Shown: positions 37,872 to 51,275 of the stretch, piece by piece | Layout of the letters: every line of letters begins with the position of its first letter | Numbering within the stretch: position 1 is the first letter of the stretch | Source: Pecten maximus | Lineage: Eukaryota | NCBI RefSeq assembly: GCF_902652985.1 | Contig: NC_047021.1 | Span: 26,970,001 to 27,034,000 of the forward strand | Direction: 5' to 3' | Length of the DNA stretch: 64,000 nucleotides | Made by a program: the position numbers and the translations under genes | Notes under the pieces: generated by a model | Databases searched by the model: none | What the model was told of the DNA's origin: nothing | What the model saw: only the letters and a program-made list of their open reading frames with translations

Positions 37872-37931
37872 GTATCGTGGATCAGTTGGTAGAGCAATGT
37901 CAAAAGCACAATGACAAGTGTTCGAACCTCG
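37872..37931 (+). mobile_element. Degenerate tRNA-like Pol III head (SINE remnant)
   Basis: A-box TGGATCAGTTGGTAGAGC and B-box GTTCGAACC; no intact acceptor or anticodon stems. Confidence 0.45.
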
Positions 37932-39304
37932 TTCCTTAGGTGTTCCGACCTACAAGCAAGGGGGTTTAAAATAACCAAACAAGATGGTTTTATAAAAAAA
38001 AAAGCACAACATAAATTCGAACTTTAATATGCCTTCATTGTACCAAGTACATCTTTTATAAACAAATTCACAACAACCCGTTCATGTAACAAGGGTAGAA
38101 CCAAAGTAATATTCCGTCGCTGAAGCATGCTTTCCAGAGGATTTAATATGTCAAGCAGTGATAAGGAAATTAGGGAACTCTATCACCAGAAAGCTAGAAA
38201 TAAATCTGAACTGATCGGCATTTACGCCAGGGGCAGCTTTTCGCTGTAAAGTAAGCACGAGACGTGTCAGGGAAGACTCGCGCAGTGTTGCTTTACTGTT
38301 GCTATACCAACCAGCACTGTCTATTCCTTATTGGTAAAGGATTAACGGGGTATTGCAGTGGACACAAGGGAAATTCGGACGTAATCAGAAGACAGTTTGC
38401 CCATGCCTATGTAATCTCCCCGAGGGGAGCGAGCTAGAACGAACGGCTCATTCGCGTCCTAGTTTTAATAACGGCCATACATTTCACGTGCATGCCGAGA
38501 ATGAATAAAAACAAACTAGTATGTTTTCTGGAAGAGTAACGAAATGTAAGGTTTCGTATTTGTTGCAGTAAGACTTCACAGTCGTCAGGGTATTGTGTCT
38601 TCGCCATATTGGAGTCTTCAATTAACCCTCGTTTAAAACTAAATCTAACTGTCGTAAATCTGGGTAGATTTGTTATTCTAGAACCTACTGACAGTTAAGT
38701 TGGTCACTGGGCGGCCGATGGTAGGTCCGTACTCACGAAACATCCTGGTGGGGCGTATCCACCGATTCCTTTCGACATTTCGTCAAAATATCTTTGTCGC
38801 GTATAAAAGACGCATTTTAAAAGTATTTTTTTACCCATAACTCAGCATTGAATCTCACTGCGCAGGTGCTTTTTAGCGACGAAATGACCGGGGAAAAAAC
38901 ATTTGGAACTCAGACAGACGAAATGCTACGCCCCACAAGTCTACTTTGTCTGTTCATCCGTTAAACATCTGATCTACTGGACGTCCACCTATTGAACGGG
39001 GGATGATATACATATGGATATTGTTTGGTTGGGACTTACTCCGCCATTTAACCTACATTGTATGTCATACGGTTGTGTTAGTGTGTTGAATTTCGATAAA
39101 ATAAGCTATTGTCCCCATTGAAGGTTGTTCTCAACAGTGGAGCACCAATCTCACGTCTCTGGTTAAACAGGAATAAACGTCATGACATCCATTGTAAGTT
39201 AGGTCTCAGAATGATGTCCTATAACCATTAGACTAATACATACTGTAGTTCAAGTCCGTATATACATCACGTGTTATGTTCACCAATAGATGAATTACGA
39301 TTTC

Positions 39305-39760
39305 CTACTATTGGTGTGTCCAGTTTCATTACTAGTTATATCGGTCACATTTAACACCATTTACTACTATTATTGGTTTGTATTAACAGTTAATTGCTAG
39401 TTATATCGATCACATTTAACACCATGTACTACTATTATTGGTTTGTATTAACAGTTTAATTACTAGTTATATCGGTCACTTTTAACACCATTTACTACTA
39501 TTATTGGTTTGAATTAACAGTTTAATTGCTAGTTATATCGGTCACTTTTAACACCATTTACTACTATTATTGGTTTGTATTAACAGTTAAATACTAGTTA
39601 TATCGGTCACTTTTAACACCATTTACTACTATTATTGGTTTGAATTAACAGTTAATTACTAGTTATATTGGTCACTTTTAGCACCATTTACTACTATTAT
39701 TGGTTTGTATTAACAGTTTAATTACTAGTTATATCGGTCACTTTTAACACTATTTACTAC
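39305..39760. repeat. Tandem minisatellite, 65-66-bp unit, about 7 copies
   Basis: TACTAGTTATATCGGTCACTTTTAACACCATTTACTACTATTATTGGTTTGTATTAACAGTTTAAT repeated. Confidence 0.95.
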
Positions 39761-42735
39761 AGTGTGTGATAATAGTTTAAATATTAGTTATATCGTTAAT
39801 TTTATATTTTAAATACAAATTCCTTTCTATTCTTCTATTAGTTTGTAGTGTTATTATCATGACCCCTGTGTAGTGAAAAATAGACTTCGGAAATGGAGTA
39901 CATCTATATGGTTTGGAGAGAATTTATTGGTGTTTTAGAGCGTCTTCAAGGGGTTTGGCTGTAACAAATAAAGTTAACAAAGCAAGATTGTAATTTGCGT
40001 CAAGATGTCTTTGTCACAAGGGAACAACAATGTGTCTGTGATCACTATTTAACTCTCTGTCCTACAGACAAGCTTACATTAAATCGTGACAAAACTGTTT
40101 CTTGGTTGGGAGTTTGGATTGTGAAACTGATTCTTTTTGATCGAAATTCCCATGGTTTGTGCAATATAATCACACTGACAAATTCATTACAAGCTTAGAT
40201 CCATCCGAGCCTTATGGATTTAACCAATCCAGACATAGTCCTTACACATAGCATTCTCCCAAGCCGACGTTAAATTTTCCACGTCATCAGAACGAATATA
40301 CACTAATGTATATTTTGTCCTTATGTACTTACATATGACATAAAGCTAACGTGGGAAAGACGCACCTATATAGAGTATGACACCATCTACTTTAATAGAC
40401 TGTTAACACGTGGTATTGATAGTAGTAGTAATGTCTTAAATGAAATCCTTCTTAGTTCTGGTGGAGTTAGAGTTTGTCCCAATTGTTCGCCTTAGTCTTT
40501 TTTCATGTACATTAAATTCATATTCGTTTTCATAAATCAGTGATCTGTTCAGTTAATTGAGTATTTAATCTAATCAAATGAGGATTATACTCCGAATTAC
40601 AAACCTGATGACTGATTACTTTTAATGAGTGTTCAGAGCGCCGCCTTATGTAAGGAACTACTACTAAAGCAGGCAATCAGTCTAAATGGAAGCAAGAGTA
40701 ATTCTATAAGCATAGAGAGACATTTAACCTACAAGCTAGCAAACATCTCATGAGACGCAAGGCAGGGACAGGGTCATACGTAGGTCTATATCGCTCATAT
40801 AGATAAAGCCACTTCGTTAAAAAATATACTATGACATATCAATGACCGCGCCGCACTTTTGAAAAAAATTGCGGACACGAATTCTTCATCGTAGGGTTCT
40901 CTTTTTATTAGTAAAATATATATTTCGCTTTCTGGGAAACATTCACCTCGTACTACGTGTGGAAATACTGATGGTGGCCAACAGGCTTCGTAAGTTATCT
41001 CCAATTTACTGAACATCGCGGAACGGCACAGAGTCATAATAAAACATTCCATGCAAGCACGTCATTTACAGAAGCGTTATCATTCAGGACAAAATCTAAG
41101 AATGAAGCCTGTACTGGAACCCCGTCATTTACAGACTGAATGACAGCTGTGATAGAGCAGCCAATAACCGACAAATTCAGATGAGATGAGGCATTTTTTT
41201 AGATAAAACGTAAACAACATTATTAACAGAAAATAATCTAGATATCGGCCTTATGTTTTGTTTATTCACTCACGGACAAAACATACACTGTATGTCAACA
41301 CTTGTAGTTCTGCCTCTTTATTTCATTCATTTTCTTTTTTTCGCTTTTTATTTTACAAAATCTACCACACTTGTAGAAAGTTGTCTCCTCTTGCAGCTCA
41401 TCATATTGGCATTGTTTGCCAATTTCTATTTTCAGAGAAATCAATATTTTACTGACCATTTTGGTAGGGGGAAAAAAGAAATAACGTCAAAATTACGTTT
41501 TACTTTAATGTTCGCGGCGCAGAAAAATAATGTTTTGAACATGAAACAGCCGAGAACAATGTTTTTATTACCAGCCGAAAGACGTGGCGTTTTTCGTAAA
41601 GTATGATTTTTTTTAACGTTTTTTTTTTTTTTTTTTTACAAATTCTTCAAAAATAGAATCAGGAAAATTCGAAGAAAAAATTCATGAACTAAAGAGAAGA
41701 ATAACATCTGTTGACATATTTTTGACACATCAGCACTTTCTGTGTATTGATAATGTTTGCGTTTCTGGATTTCCATAGTTTTGGTCCCAAACATAAGTGT
41801 AGAGTTCTAGAGATATCAAGAAGCTATATGGTGCAGTATTACAATCACTACTAGACACAACATACATTTTATACTACCAATATTGACTTGCATGTCATTT
41901 GAACACTTCTCTGGAATCGCTGCGTTGTAAGGTCGGTCGGTCTGAGGGCTTCTGTTGCCTTACGTGTTACGTCTAAATATTAATTTCTAAAACATGTCAT
42001 GTTATTCCATTTAAAACAAGTCATCGTCCATACAAACACATGTCAGTGATATCATACATTGTATGTCATAGACCATATGGTACACGCCAAATAAACATCA
42101 CGCATATGTTTCGTCCTTCTAGAACACGTCATTAACAACAGGATCAAAAGTGAAGAAACCAAGAAATAGTTCAGAATGGGTCTAAATATATCGTAGAGTG
42201 ATGTTTAGGTTAACAGCGCCTTAGCCAAGCTAAGTGATTGTCGCTCCTTAGGTAACTGCCTCCTCTGCCAAGGACCAAATTGTATGTTCAAAATACTGAT
42301 ATAGATATTGTCCTTGAGAATCAACCGATTGCATTCTTACAACTCGCTTTCCTAAAGGACCATATATTTGCCTTCTCAAGGTAGATGTTGTTGAGATAAT
42401 TTATTTGTTTTCTTACACGTTTAATATTCTACTTCCCTTTGGCTAATGCATTTTCTTTAGTAATGTACATTTGTCGGTCTTTTTAACAATGCGATTGTCT
42501 TCCATCCTGGTAAGCTATTACCTTCCTTTACAGTGATATATATCCCCTGACATTTTTTCTCCTCATTGTGAGGTAATATATTAAGTTCACGTACGGTTAA
42601 CTGTTTTCTATTGTTGGCAAAGTCATTCGCCTCATGCTACTTGGCTCAATTGAACTTTCGGTCGGAAGACAGAGATCGGATATCGCTTGAGTATAACTAA
42701 AGCGACTTACAAGTCATTCCTTGGGTTATTCAACT

Positions 42736-42956
42736 TTTGGTTTGGTTTGTTTTTGTTTAACGTCCTATTAACAGCCAGTGTCATTTAAGGACGTGCCAGG
42801 TTTTGGAGGTGGAGGAAAGCCGGAGTACCCGGAGAAAAACCACCGGCCTACAGTCAGTACCTGGCAACTGCCCCACGTAGGTTTCGAACTCGCAACCCAG
42901 AGGTGGAGGGCTAGTGATAAAGTGTCGGGACACCTTAACCACTCGGCCACCGCGGC
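42736..42956 (-). mobile_element. Full-length tRNA-derived SINE with V-domain core
   Basis: Minus strand A-box TGGCCGAGTGG, B-box GTTCGAAAC, V-SINE-like core GGTTTTTCTCCGGGTACTCCGGCTTTCCTCCAC, tail GGACGTTAAACAAAAACAAACCAAACC; 9-bp TSD TATTCAACT (42727-42735, 42957-42965). Confidence 0.92.
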
Positions 42957-44559
42957 TATTCAACTACAAAGTTGTAAGCCGATATTGATAAATCGACATA
43001 TCGCTACATCCAGTGATTTCTTGATGCTTTCTTCTATAAATAACGATAACATATCTTTATAATTCAACAACCAGAAGCGAAAAATTGATTATTTTAACCA
43101 CAGGGTAATGATTTAATAGAACTATTGCTTCTATTATCGTTATCAAATATCTCTTACGATATCTAATTAATGTTTAGAACAAATGTTTGTAGTACTAATA
43201 ATTGATGTCGGTGCCGTGAGCAGCAACATCAAAGTGCGAATTACTCAGTTAGTGATAACATATGGTAAGGCTACAGCTGTTACGAACTAATTATTGCAAT
43301 AGAACCAAACTCGTATCTGTGTTCTTTCTAAGTGGACTGGATAGAGTCATCCCATGGGTTCCATTTCTAAGTTGTATGGGGATATTCCCACACCTATAAA
43401 CTGCCAGCGGGACCATGGCCATATCTATAACATTAACGAATGGACATTTTCAACGGAAACCATATTCAGAACATGTCAAAACTCTGGCGAAAATTGCATC
43501 AAAGTGCCCGTTTATCAAATATACTCTACACTCAACAAGTTTGTGGATAAAATGAATCTAAAGAAAATGGTATCACTATCGCGCTTCATTCCAGATTAGT
43601 CCTTGCTGATGATTGACAGGGGCCTTCGGAGCAATAATTGTATTGTGAATTGCATGGTATAGGTCAAGACGAAGCGGCCATTAGTGTCGCCATACGGCAA
43701 TCTGTAAAGGCTTAATCCTCGTAATTGAAGTACAAATAGATATCTAGAGTGTTGTCCCTTTTGTGAACTCTTCGTTTTTGTTGTTTCCATTACTGATCGA
43801 TGGGTTGTAATATTCCTTAATTTTACGATCAGACACCTCCCATTCATCGTTTTAATGCCATTTTCTAATATAGAATAGCACTTACACTAAATGGATCTGA
43901 TCCCTTTTTGGTCCAAACGGTCTTATTATCCACAGATCAAAGGTGAGTTGATAGTAACATACATATTGCTATAATAAAATACATCAAATATTACAAATGA
44001 ACCACAGATATATTGCTTTCTTTTATGTCTGCGTTGTAGAAGGCACAGAAAAAATGCACCGCGGTTACGATTTCAGGCTATTCTCCCGTGAGTTGAGATT
44101 GTTTTACTTCATTATATCACACTTTGAAAAGGTATTCAAGAGTGCATGTCAGAATGTTACTACTTTTTGGTGCCATCCTAATTATGTGCCAATTAGAAGT
44201 TAACAGGGATCGTATTGCAGAGCGTCTACTGCTAAGTGTTCAATTAGTTATCTAGGAGGATCGACACTACATTCCTATAAACACTACACCATCTCGGTTC
44301 TCCACGATATCCAGCATGTGGGAAACGTTCTGAATTGTGTAACTACATTATTACTGCAATGTATTTTTCAAAGTGCTGCTCTCTGTCCGATATTTTTATG
44401 TGTTTATGTTCAATCTGTCCGTTCGTCCGCCTGTTCCATTATTTTGATACCTGTACAGGTGTAAGGATTAACCGTTCAATTTCGATATACCTTAGTACGT
44501 ATAACTACATATTAATTCAAAGTATTATCTAAGGATTATATGTATGAAATTTCATATCA

Positions 44560-44719
44560 TTACTCTAGGTGGAAAATGTGTACCGCCTTAGTATTATGTA
44601 ACATTTACACTGTAGAGTGTGAGATTTTGTGTGAATGTATCATGTATATGTATATATATGTTTGTTAAAAACCGATGGACCGAAAGGCCTAAGGTAATAA
44701 AAGAATTGAATTGAATTGG
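44560..44719 (+). mobile_element. 3' end fragment of a LINE
   Basis: TG/TA-rich UTR-like tract, small GAAA-loop hairpin GGACCGAAAGGCC, then AATAAA and a (GAATT)3 simple-repeat tail. Confidence 0.5.
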
Positions 44720-45712
44720 AATGTCAGATCCTGGGCATAGTGGTAACAAACTGTCACACCATTCTTACCTCTGACACAGTAAACTAGAGTCTTAGTACAA
44801 CGGACGCCATCACGTATACAATATGTGTTAAGGGACTAACACAGTACAAGATATGTAGGAAAGTTTTATCTTTTAAGTACAAAATATACTGACTATGGGG
44901 ATATTACATGTTTTTAAAGCCTCACACCAGCAAGCTAGTCATCATCGTGTGGTGATTGTGAATTTATTTAGTGATGTTGAGGGACAATAAAAAGGCAAAC
45001 GGACGCCATGTTTACTGATTAGTTCCTAACTCAAGTACGCGATTGATGTTCGCAATATCTATACTTGTTTCAAATTAGAAGTTTATGGATTCGTTTGCAT
45101 GGTGAAATTCGCACATAATTCGTCAAGCCTGATTTTGCCCTGTTCTCGTTCTGAGATGAAGCATAGTAATACATTGGTCACACCGTTGTGGGCGGTGGCA
45201 ACACTCAAATCTACTGTGTGTCACGTACCATGCGTAAACTCACGTGCTCAGAACGTGCGATGCGGACGTTTATTGTTTATCCATACTAACTGTTAATGAA
45301 AATTTGACTTATACCACATTTAATGGTGATGGAAATTAAAGTCCAGGAGGCTTCATTCATTAACCAAGGAAACCTAAGCTAAGAGGATAAGAGATCAGTC
45401 CTATAAAATAGCTATATCTTACACTGCACACCAGCTTTTCTGGCGCTTCTATGTGCCATAGGGTGCCAATGTATCACACGAGTATGGCAGAATGCCGATA
45501 CACGTTTAACCAGTCCAGCGCACGACTGAAAAATAGTGTTATCTGCCGTACATGTATGTGTGAAATACATCATTGCATATATGCGATTGAAATTATTGAT
45601 CAAATTTTTATTTTAAAAATCAAAAATGATACTACAAGACAATGTGACACAAAAATAACAATTACGAAGAATTTTAATAAATTCTGGCTTGGCTTGACCC
45701 CCCCCCCCCCCC

Positions 45713-45797
45713 TACGGTATAGGGTTGTCGGGTTTGTATTACACTACCTATAGTACGGTATAGGGTTGTCGGGTTGGTATTACACTGCCTATAGTAC
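45713..45797. repeat. Orphan dimer of the 41-bp satellite
   Basis: Two near-consensus copies of the 47396-51275 unit, between a poly-C run and a poly-T run. Confidence 0.95.
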
Positions 45798-45834
45798 AAT
45801 TTTTTTTTTCTAATCTTATCATGTAAATTTGACT

Positions 45835-46128
45835 TAAACGAGTACCAAAACAAACACCATGTGTAATGAGTAAACGAGTACCAAAACAAACACCATGTGT
45901 AATGAGTAAACGAGTACCAAAACAAACACCATGTGTAATGAGTAAACGAGTGTCAGAACAAACACCAAACGTAATGAGTAAACGAGTGTCAGAACAAACA
46001 CCAAACGTAATGAGTAAACGAGTGTCAGAACAAACACCAAACGTAATGAGTAAACGAGTGTCAGAACAAACACCATGTGTAATGAGTAAACGAGTACCAA
46101 AACAAACACCAAGTGTGATGAGTAAACG
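45835..46128. repeat. Tandem minisatellite, 36-bp unit, 8 copies
   Basis: AAACGAGTACCAAAACAAACACCATGTGTAATGAGT and variant AAACGAGTGTCAGAACAAACACCAAACGTAATGAGT. Confidence 0.96.
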
Positions 46129-47395
46129 TGTGAACTTGCACAAAGAATGGTACCAAAGACACACAAGCTATTAACACAATTCAATGCAGATTGAATATAG
46201 ATTTAATATACTCAAACTGTATTAAACAGCATTATACAGTGATGCTGATGGACTAAAGTGTCTAAAGATGGCGACTACAGGGGGCCAAAGAAATATTAAA
46301 ATATAGATTGCGAGGGACAGCAGCCCTATCACTAAATAAATTGGAAAAATTCCAATATTAAATTTTAAAAGAACGACAAATACATTTACAACACACGTGA
46401 TGAACAAGTTGTTGTTTACTGCTTCGCTACTTACCATCGATATTAGTATACATAATCATTATATCATAAAGCTACACTAAAATACATAACAATGGGAAAA
46501 TAGTCATGAAATGAGATCAACGGGAAGATACCGTAGAGAAAATATGTATGTTATCGACAGAAGTAAGTGTTTGTAATGGCCACGAAGGACGCACTGTCTG
46601 ATCTCATAGGACATGAATTCGACCGGCATGATAGCAGCGCTGATTGAACTTTACCATTGAAAGGCCGCGTACATGCCAATGTATTATACTATGTGACAGG
46701 ACAGCGTGTTTACCTAATTGACTGGACGGACGATTTGTAACATTATATACTTGCAGTATCAATATATCTATAGAAAAATTTGACCATCAACAGTAAGGTC
46801 CATATTTCACCAGGATTAATGGCTAACTCTAAAGGTCGAAGCAAAGGTCATACTGAATCACAGTGGCGGAATAAAATTAAGACCGCTGCCACAGCACTTG
46901 GGAATAATAGAGGATGGAATTGGAAGGATCTTCACATCAATTCCGGTAGCGGTGAACCTACAAGGTTTTTTGGGGAGTCCTGTTGTATATTGCTGTGTAG
47001 TAACATCCCTTGATAGGGGGGTCAACAGTTCACAACACTAATCAGCCCACTTGAAGGCATTTCACTGTTCAATGTAACTGACAAAACAAACTGGTGACCG
47101 TTCCTCCCTAAGGATCGATGGTAAATGCTTCGCAATTTCCCAATCAGTCCATACCGTCAAGTGTAAATTAAACCTTGACCAGCTTTAATGGGGTTTTGTA
47201 AAACCTATAATTACCCATAATGCATGCGAAGAGTCACAAAGACTGACTTGCTGAAGGCAGGTAAAATGCGAGCGATTTTCCCCATCACAGTAAAAAAAAA
47301 AGAAGACAAATCACATCAATACTGGTAATTATTACGGGATCGAAATGCACCGGTTTTACTGCTTCAATTTATTTGCTTCAAGGTTACATGTTCTG

Positions 47396-50300
47396 CGGTA
47401 TAGGGCTTGTTGGGTTGGTATTACACTGCCTATGGTACGGTATAGAGTTGTCGGGTTGGTATTACACTGCCTATAGTACGGTATAGGGTTGTCGGGTTTG
47501 TATTACACTGTCTATAGTACGGTATAGAGTTGTCGGGTTGGTATTACACTACCTATAGTACGGTATAGGGTTGTCGGGTTGGTATTACACTGCCTATAGT
47601 ACGGTATAGGGTTGTCGGGTTGGTATTACACTGTATATAGTACGGTATAGGGTTGTCGGGTTGGTATTACACTACCTACACTGTATAGTACGGTATAGAG
47701 TTGTCGGGTTGGTATTACACTACCTATAGTACGGTATAGGGTTGTCGGGATGGTATTACACTACCTATAGAACGGTATAGGGTTGTCAGTATTGGTATTA
47801 ATCTGACTATAGTACGGTATAGGGTTGTCGGGTTGGTATTACACTGCCTATAGTACGGTATAGGGTTGTCGGGTTGGTATTACACCACCTATAGTACGGT
47901 ATAGGGTTGGTATTACACTGCCTATAGTACGGTATAGGGTTGGTATTACACTACCTATAGTACGGTATAGGGTTGTCGGGTTGGTATTACACTACCTATA
48001 GTACGGTATTGGGTTGTCGGGTTGGTATTACACTACCTATAATACGGTATAGGGTTGTCGGGTTGGTATTACACTACCTATAATACGGTATAGGGTTGTC
48101 GGGTTGGTATTACACTACCTATAGTACGGTATAGGGTTGTCGGGTTGGTATTACACTACCTATAGTACGGTATTGGGTTGTCGGGTTGGTATTACACTAC
48201 CTATAGTACGGTATAGGGTTGTCGGGTTGGTATTACACCACCTATAGTATGGTATAGGGTTGTCGGGTTGGTATTACACTGCCTACAGTACGGTATATGG
48301 TTGTTGGGTTTGTATTACACTGCCTATAGTACGGTATAGGGTTGTCGGGTTGGTATTACATTGCCTATAGTACGGTATAGGGTTGTCGGGTTGGTATTAC
48401 ATTGCCTATAGCACGGTATAGGGTTGTCGGTGTTGGTATTACACTACCTATAGTACGGTATAGGGTTGTCGGGTTGGTATTACACTGCCTATAGTACGGT
48501 ATAGGGTTGTCGGGTTGGTATTACACTGCCTATAGTACGGTATAGGGTTGTCGGGTTTGTATTACACTACCTATATTACAGTATAGGGTTGTCGGGTTGG
48601 TATTACACTGCCTATAGTACGGTATAGGGTTGTCGGGTTGGTATTACACTGACTGTAGTACGGTATAGGGTTGTCGGGTTTGTATTACACTACCTATATT
48701 ACAGTATAGGGTTGTCGGGATGGTATTACACTACCTATAGTACGGTATAGAGTTGTCGGGATGGTATAACACTGCCTATAGTACGGTATAGAGTTGTCGG
48801 GTTGGTATTACACTGCCTACAGTACGGTATAGGGTTGTCGGGTTGGTATTACACTGACTGTAGTACGGTATAGGGTTGTCGGGTTTGTATTACACTACCT
48901 ATATTACAGTATAGGGTTGTCGGGATGGTATTACACTACCTATAGTACGGTATAGAGTTGTCGGGATGGTATAACACTGCCTATAGTACGGTATAGGGTT
49001 GTCGGGTTGGTATTACACTGTATATAGTACGGTATAGGGTTGTCGGGATGGTATAACACTACCTACACTGTATAGTACGGTATAGAGTTGTCGGGTTGGT
49101 ATTACACTACCTACACTGTATAGTACGGTATAGAGTTGTCGGGTTGGTATTACACTGTATATAGTACGGTATAGGGTTGTCGGGATGGTATAACACTGCC
49201 TATAGTACGGTATAGGGTTGTAGGGTTGGTATTACACTACCTATAGTACGGTATAGGGTTGTCGGGTTGGTATTACACTACCTATAGTACGGTATAGGGT
49301 TGTCGGGTTGGTATTACACTAACGTTACCTATAGTACGGTATTGGGTTGTCGGGTTGGTATTACACTACCTATAGTACGGTATAGGGTTGTCGGGTTGGT
49401 ATTACACTACCTATAGTATGGTATAGAGTTGTCGGGTTGGTATTACACTACCTATAATACGGTATAGGGTTGTCGGGTTGGTATTACACTACCTATAGTA
49501 CGGTATATGGTTGTCGGGTTGGTATTACACTACCTATAGTACGGTATAGGGTTGTCGGGTTGGTATTACACTACCTATAGTACGGTATAGGGTTGTCGGG
49601 TTGGTATTACACTGCCTATAGTACGGTATAGGGTTGTCGGGTTGGTATTACACTGCCTATAGTACGGTATAGGGTTGTCGGGTTGGTATTACACTACCTA
49701 CACTGTATAGTACGGTATAGGGTTGTCGGGTTGGTATTACACTACCTATAGGACGGTATAGGGTTGTCGGGATGGTATTACACTACCTATAGTACGGTAT
49801 AGGGTTGTCGGGTTGGTATTACACTACCTATAGTACGGTATAGGGTTGTCGGGTTGGTATTACACTACCTATAGTACGGTATAGGGTTGTCGGGTTTGTA
49901 TTACACTACCTATAGTACGGTATTGGGTTGTCGGGTTGGTATTACACTACCTATAGTACGGTATTGGGTTGTCGGGTTGGTATTACACTACCTACACTGT
50001 ATAGTACGGTATAGAGTTGTCGGGTTGGTATTACACTACCTATAGTACGGTATATGGTTGTCGGGTTGGTATTACACTGCCTATAGTACGGTATAGGGTT
50101 GTCGGGTTGGTATTACACTACCTATAGTACGGTATAGGGTTGTCGGTGTTGGTATTACACTACCTATAGTACGGTATAGGGTTGTCGGGTTGGTATTGCA
50201 CTGCCTATAGTACGGTATAGGGTTGTCGGTGTTGGTATTACACTGCCTATAGTACGGTATAGGGTTGTCGGGTTGGTATTGCACTGCCTATAGTACGGTA

Positions 50301-51275
50301 TAGGGTTGTCGGGTTGGTATTGCACTGCCTATAGTACGGTATAGGGTTGTCGGGTTGGTATTACACTACCTATAGGACGGTATAGGGTTGTCGGGTTGGT
50401 ATTGCACTGCCTATAGTACGGTATAGGGTTGTCGGGTTGGTATTGCACTGCCTATAGTACGGTATAGGGTTGTCGGGTTGGTATTACACTACCTATAGGA
50501 CGGTATAGGGTTGTCGGGTTGGTATTACACTGTCTATAGTACGGTATAGGGTTGTCGGGTTGGTATTACACTACCTATAGTATGGTATAGGGTTGTCGGG
50601 TTGGTATTACACTGTCTATAGTACGGTATTGGGTTGTCGGGTTGGTATTACACTACCTTTAATACGGTATAGGGTTGTCGGGTTGGTATTACACTGCCTA
50701 TAGTACGGTATAGGGTTGTCGGGTTGGTATTACACTACCTATAATACGGTATAGGGTTGTCGGGTTGGTATTACACTACCTATAGTACGGTATAGGGTTG
50801 TCGGTGTTGGTATTACACTGCCTATAGTACGGTATAGGGTTGTCTGGTTGGTATTACACTACCTATAGTACGGTATAGGGTTGTCGGGTTGGTATTACAC
50901 TACCTATAGTACGGTATAGGGTTGTCGGGTTGGTATTACACTACCTATAGTACGGTATAGGGTTGTCGGGTTGGTATTACACTACCTATAATACGGTATA
51001 GGGTTGTCGGGTTGGTATTACACTACCTATAGTACGGTATAGGGTTGTCGGGATGGTATTACACTACCTATAGTACGGTATAGGGTTGTCGGGTTGGTAT
51101 TACACTACCTATAGTACGGTATAGGGTTGTCGGGTTGGTATTACACTACCTATAGTACGGTATAGGGTTGTCGGGTTGGTATTACACTGCCTACAGTACG
51201 GTATAGGGTTGTCGGGTTGGTATTACACTGCCTATAGTACGGTATAGGGTTGTCAGTATTGGTATAACTCTGCCT
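47396..51275. repeat. Satellite array, 41-bp unit, about 94 copies
   Basis: ATAGTACGGTATAGGGTTGTCGGGTTGGTATTACACTACCT repeated, with +8-bp and -9-bp variants. Confidence 0.99.

Noticed and set aside
37872-37931. tRNA gene
   Set aside because: A/B boxes only; no cloverleaf pairing
42095-42140. Second hammerhead-like motif (minus strand TTAATGA..GACGAAACATATG)
   Set aside because: Two mismatches in CUGANGA and no NUH triplet; other CTGANGA hits (~30495, 37615, 40285) also lack proper stems
45674-46184. Several overlapping repetitive ORFs
   Set aside because: By-product of a 36-bp tandem repeat open in multiple frames on both strands
46222-46437. Hydrophobic minus-strand ORF as the missing TM1 exon
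   Set aside because: No N1.50-L-V context followed by a basic ICL1 and no suitable phase-0 donor; hydrophobicity explained by T-rich composition
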